DNA of 64,000 bases from Trueperaceae bacterium (GTDB taxonomy: Bacteria > Deinococcota > Deinococci > Deinococcales > Trueperaceae), in NCBI GenBank assembly GCA_965214405.1, contig OZ243956.1, forward strand, positions 320,001-384,000. The letters run 5' to 3'. Position numbers and translations under genes: made by a program. Of the stretch, positions 29,853 through 40,162 are shown piece after piece; within the stretch, counting starts at the first letter, position 1; the number at the start of each line of letters is the position of its first letter. Under the pieces are notes generated by a model that saw nothing but the letters and a program-made list of their open reading frames with translations, searched no databases and was not told the origin of the DNA.

Positions 29853-29929
29853 CGGATACAGGAGTCCCCTACTCCTCATCCCATTTCTCCCCCTAAGACC
29901 CTGCGCCTCCCACGCAGGGTCGATTTTTT
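29853..29929 (+). ncRNA. candidate C-rich small RNA
   Basis: TAGGAT -10 at 29841, hairpin AGGAGT-CCCCT-ACTCCT, C-rich linker, 9-bp terminator stem with CCTCCCA loop and T6. Confidence 0.45.
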
Positions 29930-30016
29930 GGCTCGAGCCTTACGCCTCAACCCAGCCCCCGCTCGAGCGCGAACCTCCTTGTGCTCGCATCAAAGTGTGC
30001 CGTTATACTGGAGGTC

Positions 30017-32035
<2,019 letters not shown>

Positions 32036-32271
32036 ACGTTCACACAGTTAGACGTGAAACCTAAGAAGTAGAACGCGCGAAACGAAGTGGCCTGCTTAAC
32101 ATTTAGCACCGCCGAGGCCCACAACGTGGTAATAAAGAAGTATAAAGGTTCGCTTGCGTATAGAGCGAACCTTGCTCATGTCACGCCAGCATCTTGCTTA
32201 AGACAAACGTCTTGCTCAAGATATAACGTACCCAGAACCCGCCAACGGTTTCGAACACAAACGAGGTCACG

Positions 32272-35200
32272 ATGAATCCACCCACAGAACCCCAAGCCAA
32301 CCCACAAGCCGACCAGACCGGTTTACAGCCCCGCCCTCAGCCCTTTTTAGAGAATCCCCAATGGTACAAAGACGCCGTCATCTACCAGGTCCACGTGCGC
32401 TCGTTTTTCGACTCGAGCGGCGACGGTTACGGCGACTTCGAGGGGCTGCGCCAAAAGCTGCCTTACATCGAGACCTTAGGCGTCAACACGCTCTGGCTGC
32501 TGCCCTTTTACAAGTCGCCCCTGCGCGACGACGGCTACGATATTTCTGATTACAAGGAAATCCTGCCCGTCCACGGGACGCTGGACGATTTCAAGGCGTT
32601 TTTGGACGAGGCGCACGCTCGCGGGATGCGCGTCGTCACAGAACTCGTGCTCAACCACACCTCGGACCAGCACGCCTGGTTTCAAGAGGCGCGCAAGCCG
32701 GGTTCGCCCAAGCGCGACTGGTACGTCTGGAGCGACACCTCGGACAAGTACAAAGACGTGCGTATTATCTTTACCGACACCGAGCACTCGAACTGGACTT
32801 GGGACCCGGTCGCCAAGGCCTACTATTGGCACCGCTTTTTCTCGCACCAGCCCGACCTCAATTGGGACAACCCGGAGGTCGAAAAGGCGCTCCACGAGGT
32901 GATGTTCTACTGGCTCGACATGGGCGTGGACGGGCTTAGGCTCGACGCGGTGCCTTATTTGTATGAGCGCGAGGGGACCTCGAGCGAGAACCTGCCCGAG
33001 ACCCTGGACGCCATCAAACGGCTTCGCAAGGTTTTAGACGACCGTTACGGCGGCGACAGGGTCCTTTTGGCCGAGGCCAACCAGTGGCCCGAGGACACGC
33101 TGCCCTACTTTGGCGACGGCGACGGCGTGCAGATGGCGTTTAACTTTCCCGTGATGCCCCGGATGTACCTGGCGCTGCGCCGCGAGAACCGGATGCCGAT
33201 TGCCGAGATGCTGCGCCTGACCAATGACATCCCGCCGGAAGCGCAGTGGGCGCTCTTTTTGCGTAACCATGACGAACTTACCCTGGAAATGGTCACCGAC
33301 GAAGAGCGCGACTTTATGTACAACGAATACGCCTCGGATAGACAGTTCCGCCTCAACTTGGGCATCCGCCGCAGGCTTTCGCCCCTCTTAGGCGGTGAAC
33401 GGCGGCGCATCGAGCTGATGAACGCGCTCGTGCTGTCCTTAAAGGGCTCGCCCGTGCTGTACTACGGCGACGAAATCGGTATGGGCGATAACGTCTTTTT
33501 GGGCGACCGCAACGGGGTCCGCACGCCGATGCAGTGGAGCCGGGACCGCAACGCGGGCTTTTCGGACGCGCCCTTTCACCAGCTCTTTTTGCCGCCCATC
33601 AACGAGGGCAGCTACTCGTACGAGTTTTTGAACGTCGAGGAGGCGCAGCGCAGCCCGCACTCGCTCTACCAGTTTATGCGCCGCATCTTGGCGATCCGCA
33701 ACCAGCACGGGGCGACCTTTGGGCGGGGGACGTTGGAGATTTTGCCCTTAGAGAACCAGCGCGTGCTCGCCTATTTGCGCGAGTACGAGGGCGAGACGAT
33801 TTTGGTCGTTGCCAACTTGTCGCGCTTTGCTCAGGCGGTCCAGTTACCCCTCTCGGCCCACGCGGGGCGTTACCCCATCGAACTCTTCGGCCAAGCGCCC
33901 TTTCCTACGATTGGCGACACGCCCTACCCGCTCACGCTCTCGCCGCACGGCTTTTACTGGTTCAATCTGGTCAAGGAGCTGCCGGGGAGCGAGGGCGAGG
34001 TGTTTTCCTTACAGGCTGCGGAGCAAGCCGAGGCACCCACCAGGGAGCTGCCGACGTTGCGGCTTGCGGGCGGGCTCGAGACCGTCTTGGTCGACACGCT
34101 CGTCCAGGGGAACGCGCGGGAGGGGCTCGAGCGCGCCCTCCCCGACTTCTTAAAGGGCCAACGCTGGTTCGGCGGCGGCGGGCGGGCCATGCGCTCGGTC
34201 AAGCTTGCCGACGCGGTGCGGGTCCAGGCGAAACCGCTGGCCGTCTACATCTCGCTCCTGCGCGTCACCTTTGAAGACGGGAGCGTCGAGCGTTACTTCC
34301 TGCCGCTCGCTGCGGCGCGTGGTGAGGCCGCCGAGCGGGTGATGGCGACGCGCCCGCGGGCGGCGTTGGCTCGGTTGGAGGGCGAAGGCGGCGGCGCGCT
34401 CCTCCACGACGCGACGGCCAATCCTGAAGTTTGGAGCGCGTTGTACCGCGCCGTCCAGCGCGGCTGGAAGGGGCGGAGCCTCCAGGGGCTCTACAGCGCC
34501 GAGGCGCTACCGGGGGCCGAGTTGCCCGACACGGACGAGGTCACGGTGCTGAGCGTCGAGCAGAGCAATTCGTCGGCGATTTTCGGCAAGGCCGCCTTTG
34601 CCAAGCTCTACCGCAAGCTAGAGGACGGCCCCAACCCCGAGGTCGAACTTCTGGACTACCTCACCAAGGCGGGCTTTCCCTTCGTGCCCAGCGTCAAGGG
34701 ACGGCTCGACTTCCGGCGGGGCGACCTGCGGCTCAACCTGGGCGTATTTCAGGAGGCCCTGGAGAGCGAGGGCGACGCCTGGAGCTACGCGCTTTCAGAG
34801 ACGCGGCGCTACCTAGACCGCGTCGCCAACACCACGCCGCCCCCTGACGGGCTGCCCAAGAACCTCAACGACACCCCGCCCGCTTGGTTGGAGGATTCCG
34901 CGGGCGAGGTGTTGGAGCTTGCCCGCCTGTTGGGCGTCCGCACCGCCGAACTTCACAAGGCGCTCGCCCGCGCGGAAGCCCCCGCGCTCGCCCCGGAGCC
35001 GACCACACCCAATGAGCTGCGCGCCCTTAGCCAACGCATCCGCGAAGAAGCGGCAAGAACGCGCGACGCGTTGTCGAACACTGAGCACGCGCTTGACGAA
35101 GGAACGCTCGAGCGCAGCCTCAATAAACTGGACGCGTTTATGAACATGGACGCCAACGACATTTGGAACAAAATCCGCGTCCACGGCGACTATCACCTCG

Positions 35201-35625
35201 GGCAGGTCCTGCAAACCAACGGTGACTACTACCTCCTCGACTTCGAGGGTGAACCCGACCGCTCGCTCGCCGAGCGCCGCAAAAAGGACCAGGCGCTGAG
35301 GGACGTGGCGGGAATGCAGCGTTCCTTGGAATACGCGGGGCTCGTCGCCTGGCGCAACCATCCCAATTACGGGCAAAACGGCGGCTTAGAGCGTTGGGCG
35401 GAGCTTCTTATCCGCTGGAGCGAGGCGGTCTTTTTGGAGTCCTACTTCGTGACTGCGGGCGCGGACGCTTCCTTTTTGCCCAAGGACGGAGCCACACGCG
35501 ACCGGCTGCTCTGGACTTATCAACTGGACAAGGTGCTCTACGAAATCCGCTACGAGCTGGGCCACCGGCCCGACTGGGTGGTCTTGCCGCGCCTCGGGTT
35601 AGAGCGGTTGTTGGGGCTCGAGTAG
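32272..35625 (+). CDS. treS: trehalose synthase fused to maltokinase (TreS-Mak/Pep2)
   Basis: WYKDAVIY, RLDAVPYL, AEANQW and FLRNHDELTLE motifs. C-terminal EQSNSS, RVHGDYHLGQ and DFEGEP kinase motifs. Confidence 0.95.
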   Translation: MNPPTEPQANPQADQTGLQPRPQPFLENPQWYKDAVIYQVHVRSFFDSSGDGYGDFEGLRQKLPYIETLGVNTLWLLPFYKSPLRDDGYDISDYKEILPVHGTLDDFKAFLDEAHARGMRVVTELVLNHTSDQHAWFQEARKPGSPKRDWYVWSDTSDKYKDVRIIFTDTEHSNWTWDPVAKAYYWHRFFSHQPDLNWDNPEVEKALHEVMFYWLDMGVDGLRLDAVPYLYEREGTSSENLPETLDAIKRLRKVLDDRYGGDRVLLAEANQWPEDTLPYFGDGDGVQMAFNFPVMPRMYLALRRENRMPIAEMLRLTNDIPPEAQWALFLRNHDELTLEMVTDEERDFMYNEYASDRQFRLNLGIRRRLSPLLGGERRRIELMNALVLSLKGSPVLYYGDEIGMGDNVFLGDRNGVRTPMQWSRDRNAGFSDAPFHQLFLPPINEGSYSYEFLNVEEAQRSPHSLYQFMRRILAIRNQHGATFGRGTLEILPLENQRVLAYLREYEGETILVVANLSRFAQAVQLPLSAHAGRYPIELFGQAPFPTIGDTPYPLTLSPHGFYWFNLVKELPGSEGEVFSLQAAEQAEAPTRELPTLRLAGGLETVLVDTLVQGNAREGLERALPDFLKGQRWFGGGGRAMRSVKLADAVRVQAKPLAVYISLLRVTFEDGSVERYFLPLAAARGEAAERVMATRPRAALARLEGEGGGALLHDATANPEVWSALYRAVQRGWKGRSLQGLYSAEALPGAELPDTDEVTVLSVEQSNSSAIFGKAAFAKLYRKLEDGPNPEVELLDYLTKAGFPFVPSVKGRLDFRRGDLRLNLGVFQEALESEGDAWSYALSETRRYLDRVANTTPPPDGLPKNLNDTPPAWLEDSAGEVLELARLLGVRTAELHKALARAEAPALAPEPTTPNELRALSQRIREEAARTRDALSNTEHALDEGTLERSLNKLDAFMNMDANDIWNKIRVHGDYHLGQVLQTNGDYYLLDFEGEPDRSLAERRKKDQALRDVAGMQRSLEYAGLVAWRNHPNYGQNGGLERWAELLIRWSEAVFLESYFVTAGADASFLPKDGATRDRLLWTYQLDKVLYEIRYELGHRPDWVVLPRLGLERLLGLE

Positions 35626-35797
35626 CGCAGGAGGTCTTAACAAAGGTTTAATAAAAGACGTAAACATGAGAATCATGTGACGAGTCTGGGGGAGTCCGAA
35701 GCGGCTCCCCTTAAACTTGGGCTATCGACGGACCCAGAGACGATAAGGGGCGGGCGAACGGCTCGTCCTCCCGGCTTGACACCCTTAGGAGCGCGTC

Positions 35798-37498
35798 ATG
35801 TATCACATCACCCCAGAAGCGCCTAACGCGGCACCCGCGAAGAGCCCTCGAGCTTTGCACCCTTCTAAAACCGACTGGTACAAAGATGCGGTGCTTTATG
35901 AACTCTACGTCCGCGCCTTTCATGACGCCGACGGCGACGGTCACGGAGATTTACGAGGCGTGATTGAGCGTTTGGACTACATCGCTTCTTTGGGAGTCGA
36001 CTGTATTTGGCTCCTCCCCATCCACCCCTCGCCCTTGCACGACGACGGCTATGATATTTCAGATTTTTACGGCATTCACCCCGACTACGGCACGCTGCAA
36101 GATTTCGACACGCTGATTGAAGAGGCACACCGCCGCGGCCTGCGCGTCATCACCGATCTGGTCATGAACCACTCGAGCAGCCACCACCCGTGGTTTGTGG
36201 AGAGCCGTAGCAGTCTGGACAATCCCAAACGTGACTGGTACGTCTGGAGCGAGACGCCTGACAAGTACGAAGGCACGCGCGTAATTTTTTCCGACACCGA
36301 GCCGTCCAACTGGACGCTCGACCCGCAAACGGGCGAATACTACTGGCACCGCTTTTTCCGCGACCAGCCCGACCTCAATTACGACAATCCCGAAGTGCAG
36401 GCGGAAATGCTCAACGTGATTGAGTTTTGGCTCGAGCGCGGCATCGACGGTTTCAGGCTCGACGCGATTCCTTATTTATTCGAGCGCGAGGGCACAAGTA
36501 ACGAAAACCTGCCCGAGACTCACGCCTTTTTGCGCAAGGTTCGTACCTTTGTGGACACGCATTACCCCGGCACGCTTCTTTTGGGCGAGGTGAACCAGTG
36601 GCCGGAGGACACGATGCGCTACTTTGGCGAGAGCTGTGACGAGGTTAATTTGCTTTTTCACTTCCCGGTGATGCCGCGCCTTTTCAAAGCTCTGGCGGAA
36701 GGAAAACGCGACTCCGTCGAGTGCATCATGGACCGCACGCCCGAGGCCCCCGGCGACTGCCAGTGGGTCATGTTTTTGCGCAACCACGACGAGTTGACGC
36801 TCGAGATGGTCACCGACGAAGAGCGCAGCTTTATGTACGGCGCATACGCCCCCGACGCCGCCATGCGGCTTAATGCAGGCATCCGCCGCCGTTTGTCGCC
36901 CCTCCTAAACGGCGACCCGCGCAAAATCAAGCTCATGAACTCGCTGCTCATGACGCTGCCCGGCACCCCCATCCTCTACTACGGCGACGAGCTCGGCATG
37001 GGCGACAACGTCACCCTGCCCGACCGCCACGGCGTCCGCACGCCGATGCAGTGGAGCGGCGAAAAGAACGCGGGCTTTTCCGAGGCCGACCTGCCCTACA
37101 CGCCGCCCGTCAGCGCGCAGGGGTTTTCTTATGCAGACCTCAACGTTGCCTCGCAGGAGGGTGACCCGGAGAGCCTGCTCAACTGGACGCGCCGCCTGGT
37201 GAGGGCGCGCAAACGTCACCCCGCGTTGGGCCGCGGTCACTTTGAGATGTTGCGACCCGAAAACCGCGCGGTGCTGGTTTTTGTTAACACTTTTGAAGAG
37301 GGAACGGAAGCCGAAGATATCGTGCTCGCCGTTCACAACCTCTCGAGCACCCCCCAAACGGTCTGCTTAGACCTCCACCGCTACCTCGGCAGACCGTTGC
37401 ATGACCTTTTCAGCGGCGAGGAGGTGAGCCGCTCGAACGCAAAAACGCGTTTAGCACTTCCGTCCTACGGCTTCCGCTGGCTCTCGGTCGGGGTTTGA
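35798..37498 (+). CDS. treS: second, stand-alone trehalose synthase (GH13)
   Basis: WYKDAVLYE, RLDAIPYL, GEVNQW and FLRNHDELTLE motifs. No kinase domain. Confidence 0.92.
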   Translation: MYHITPEAPNAAPAKSPRALHPSKTDWYKDAVLYELYVRAFHDADGDGHGDLRGVIERLDYIASLGVDCIWLLPIHPSPLHDDGYDISDFYGIHPDYGTLQDFDTLIEEAHRRGLRVITDLVMNHSSSHHPWFVESRSSLDNPKRDWYVWSETPDKYEGTRVIFSDTEPSNWTLDPQTGEYYWHRFFRDQPDLNYDNPEVQAEMLNVIEFWLERGIDGFRLDAIPYLFEREGTSNENLPETHAFLRKVRTFVDTHYPGTLLLGEVNQWPEDTMRYFGESCDEVNLLFHFPVMPRLFKALAEGKRDSVECIMDRTPEAPGDCQWVMFLRNHDELTLEMVTDEERSFMYGAYAPDAAMRLNAGIRRRLSPLLNGDPRKIKLMNSLLMTLPGTPILYYGDELGMGDNVTLPDRHGVRTPMQWSGEKNAGFSEADLPYTPPVSAQGFSYADLNVASQEGDPESLLNWTRRLVRARKRHPALGRGHFEMLRPENRAVLVFVNTFEEGTEAEDIVLAVHNLSSTPQTVCLDLHRYLGRPLHDLFSGEEVSRSNAKTRLALPSYGFRWLSVGV

Positions 37499-37609
37499 CG
37501 TCCTTGGGGAGCACGAAGGGGAGCGCGAAAAGGTGGGCTGAATGCGACATCCGCCACACGCTCACGCAACCTTAGCTTCCCTCATCTAAAACCTGCTACC
37601 CTAATCTTT

Positions 37610-38479
37610 ATGCCTTTTGCACCACCTTTCAAGAATCTTTCCGTTCTCCTATTTTTGGGGATGCTGCTCCTTCTCGGCGGCTGCGGGAGCGAGATCAGCG
37701 CGCCCGGCGAGACGCTGCGCCTCCTCGCGCAGACCTTTGAACCCGCTTTCGCTAATGAGCCCTACAGCGCCACCTTGCGCGCGGTCGGGGGCCTGTCGCC
37801 CTATGACTACGCGTTGCGCGAGGGCGCGCTGCCGCCGGGGCTCGAGCTCCAGGGCAACACCCTGCGCGGCACGCCGACGGCGACAGGCACCTACAGCTTT
37901 ACCGTCGCGGTTTCCGACGCGAACCTCTCGACCACGTTTGAAGACTACAGCCTCCAGGTGGTCGAAGCGCCCCCCGCCTCGCTGACGCTCAACGCCCCGG
38001 CCACCGAGGTGGCGCGGCCCTTTTTGCTCCGGGGGCAAGTCAGAGACGCGCGCGATTTGCAGGCGCTCCGCACGCTTGTCACTTGGGACCCGACCCGGTT
38101 CGAACTCGTGCCGGAGAGCGTTCGCGCCGCCCGCAACGGCGTCGCGGTGTTCCAAAACGCCGAAGAAGGCAGCCTCAATGTCGACGTGGCGGTGCTCGGG
38201 GCGGGGCTGAGGGGCGACCATACGTTGTTCGAGTTTGCGCTCCGCCCTTTGGAGCGGACCACGGTCTCACTAGACGTGCAAACCGAGTTTTTGTCGAGCG
38301 ACCTCAGGCACGCCTACACGAGCGAGCAGGAGGGGGAAACGTTTGGGGCTCCGGAGGATGTGACGAGCGGCGCTGGCACCGGAGGCGTGACGGGCGGCAT
38401 AACTGGAGGCCCAGAGTTTAATAATCCAGGAGAGAATAATGGTGACGATACCGACGGGGGAGCCAACGGTGGGAGCTAG
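37610..38479 (+). CDS. lipoprotein with putative Ig domain plus cohesin-like domain
   Basis: Lipobox LGGC and Ig-like GG..PY.Y....G.LPPGL.L....L.GTPT..GTYSFTV.V.D. Second domain DLQALRTLVTWDPTRFELV...GSLNVDVA....LRGDHTLFEFAL matches the cohesin strand pattern. Confidence 0.75.
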   Translation: MPFAPPFKNLSVLLFLGMLLLLGGCGSEISAPGETLRLLAQTFEPAFANEPYSATLRAVGGLSPYDYALREGALPPGLELQGNTLRGTPTATGTYSFTVAVSDANLSTTFEDYSLQVVEAPPASLTLNAPATEVARPFLLRGQVRDARDLQALRTLVTWDPTRFELVPESVRAARNGVAVFQNAEEGSLNVDVAVLGAGLRGDHTLFEFALRPLERTTVSLDVQTEFLSSDLRHAYTSEQEGETFGAPEDVTSGAGTGGVTGGITGGPEFNNPGENNGDDTDGGANGGS

Positions 38480-38999
38480 AATAGCGCGACTCATCATAGG
38501 CGCGTGCCTGCTCCTCGGCTCGAGTGCGGGGGCCACGACCTATACCGCGCTCTCTTTGGAAGATGTCGCGCAAAAAGCCGACATAGCCCTCTACGGCACC
38601 GTCACCTCGACGCGCGTCGAGGAGCGAGAGGGCGAGCCGTGGACGGTCGTCACCTTTACGCCCGAACGCACGCTCAAGGGGGAGGTGGGCGAGAGCCTCG
38701 AGCTCTCCTTTTACGGCGGTACTCCGGAAAGCGGCCCCGCGCTCCTCATCGACGGGATGCCGCGCTTTGAAGAGGGCGAAACCGTGCTTCTTTTTGCTTA
38801 CGACGCGCCCTACTATTCGCCCGTGGTCGGCTTTTCGCAGGGGCTGTGGCGGCTTACGGGCGCGGGGCTGCGCGACGAAACGGGTCGCGTGTTGAGCTTG
38901 GGCGAAGCGGGAGCGCTCGAGCAGGGCGGCGGCGGCGCGGCCACGGAGGATTTGCTGAGCGCGTTTGAGGAACTGCTCGAGCCCGGAGGCACGCCGTGA
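38469..38999 (+). CDS. secreted TIMP/NTR-like OB-fold protein
   Basis: Signal peptide (AGA-TT), then SLEDVAQKADIALYGTV...VTF..ERTLKG...YGG...GMPRFEEGETVLLF. Overlaps both neighbours. Confidence 0.65.
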   Translation: MGARIARLIIGACLLLGSSAGATTYTALSLEDVAQKADIALYGTVTSTRVEEREGEPWTVVTFTPERTLKGEVGESLELSFYGGTPESGPALLIDGMPRFEEGETVLLFAYDAPYYSPVVGFSQGLWRLTGAGLRDETGRVLSLGEAGALEQGGGGAATEDLLSAFEELLEPGGTP

Positions 39000-40045
39000 G
39001 ACGTAAGGTATTTATCCTCTTAGCTCTGGGGACGCTCATCGTGTTTTTGGGTGGAAACAGTCTGGCGCAAACAGAATCCGACACGACCGGCGGAACACAA
39101 TCCAACCCGACCAGCACGGCGCAGCCTGACACGACCAGCGGAACGCAACCTGACGTGACCGGCGGAGCGGGATTTAGCACGACCGGCGGAGCGGAACCGG
39201 GTACAGGAACGCAACTTAGTATAAGCACCAGCGTCACCTACCGCGTTGACGCGGAGGGCGGCGCAGGCACGCTAAGCGAGGACGTCGCGGCGGCGTTTGC
39301 CACCTGGCGAGAGGTCGAAGGGGCGGGCTTTACCGCCACCGAAAGCGAGGACGAAGCGGGAGCCGTGGTGCGCTACGGCGACGCCGCGCAATTTGGTCCC
39401 GATACCGTGTCGCTCACGCTTTCGTCAAGCGAAGGAGCCGGGGAGAACGCGCAGCGCCTCACCGTTCTCGTCAACCCGGACGCGCCCGAACTGCGGCCTG
39501 CGGCGCTCCTGCACGAAACGGGCGTTCTCATCGGCGTGCCTGCGTCTTCAGCGCCCGGCGACGTGATGAACCCGGCGCTCACTCCGGGCGCACCCGCCGA
39601 ACTCACCCAGGCGGACCGCGACGCGGTGGTGTCGCTCGAGACCTTTGTGCCCGAAGATCTCAACCGCGACGGCGTGGTTGACTTTTACGACCTGACGCGC
39701 TTCGGCGCGGCTTTTGGTCAAACCGGGGTCAACATCGAGGGCGACTTTAACGGTGACGGGACTGTGGACGAGACGGATTTAGCGCTGCTCGAGGCCGCTT
39801 ACGTCTTCGCCCCCCCTTCTGAAACCGCGCCCGCCACGTTCACAGAAGCGGACGTAAGTGGAGGTGGTCTGTCCGGTGGGTCGGGCGGCCTAGACGAGGG
39901 AACCGACGAAAACCCAGTTGATGAGAATTTTTTTGGCACCGGAGGCGCGACGACCGGCGGTGCTGACGCGGGTATCGGCACGGGTGGCGCTGACGAGGGA
40001 AGTAGCGATGGAGAGGTGACGGGCGGCGCGACGGGCGGCTCCTAA
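38996..40045 (+). CDS. secreted degenerate matrixin-like domain plus C-terminal dockerin
   Basis: Signal peptide, VAAAFATW, LLHETGVLIG, DVMNP (Met-turn), LTQAD. Duplicated Ca-binding loops DLNRDGVVDFYD and DFNGDGTVDETD. Confidence 0.8.
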   Translation: MRRKVFILLALGTLIVFLGGNSLAQTESDTTGGTQSNPTSTAQPDTTSGTQPDVTGGAGFSTTGGAEPGTGTQLSISTSVTYRVDAEGGAGTLSEDVAAAFATWREVEGAGFTATESEDEAGAVVRYGDAAQFGPDTVSLTLSSSEGAGENAQRLTVLVNPDAPELRPAALLHETGVLIGVPASSAPGDVMNPALTPGAPAELTQADRDAVVSLETFVPEDLNRDGVVDFYDLTRFGAAFGQTGVNIEGDFNGDGTVDETDLALLEAAYVFAPPSETAPATFTEADVSGGGLSGGSGGLDEGTDENPVDENFFGTGGATTGGADAGIGTGGADEGSSDGEVTGGATGGS

Positions 40046-40162
40046 CGCCGCCCTGTCGGCTTCTTGAGCGGGGTCATAGGTAGGTTAGACATAGGTTAGG
40101 CGGGTCTGCTCGAGAAGCGTCACAAAAGACGTCACAGCCAAACTCCGCAGCCCAAACCCGAG

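Noticed and set aside
32145..32173. 10-bp hairpin between glgE and treS
   Set aside because: Isolated stem without a T tail or further structure. Probably an ordinary mRNA-stabilising element.
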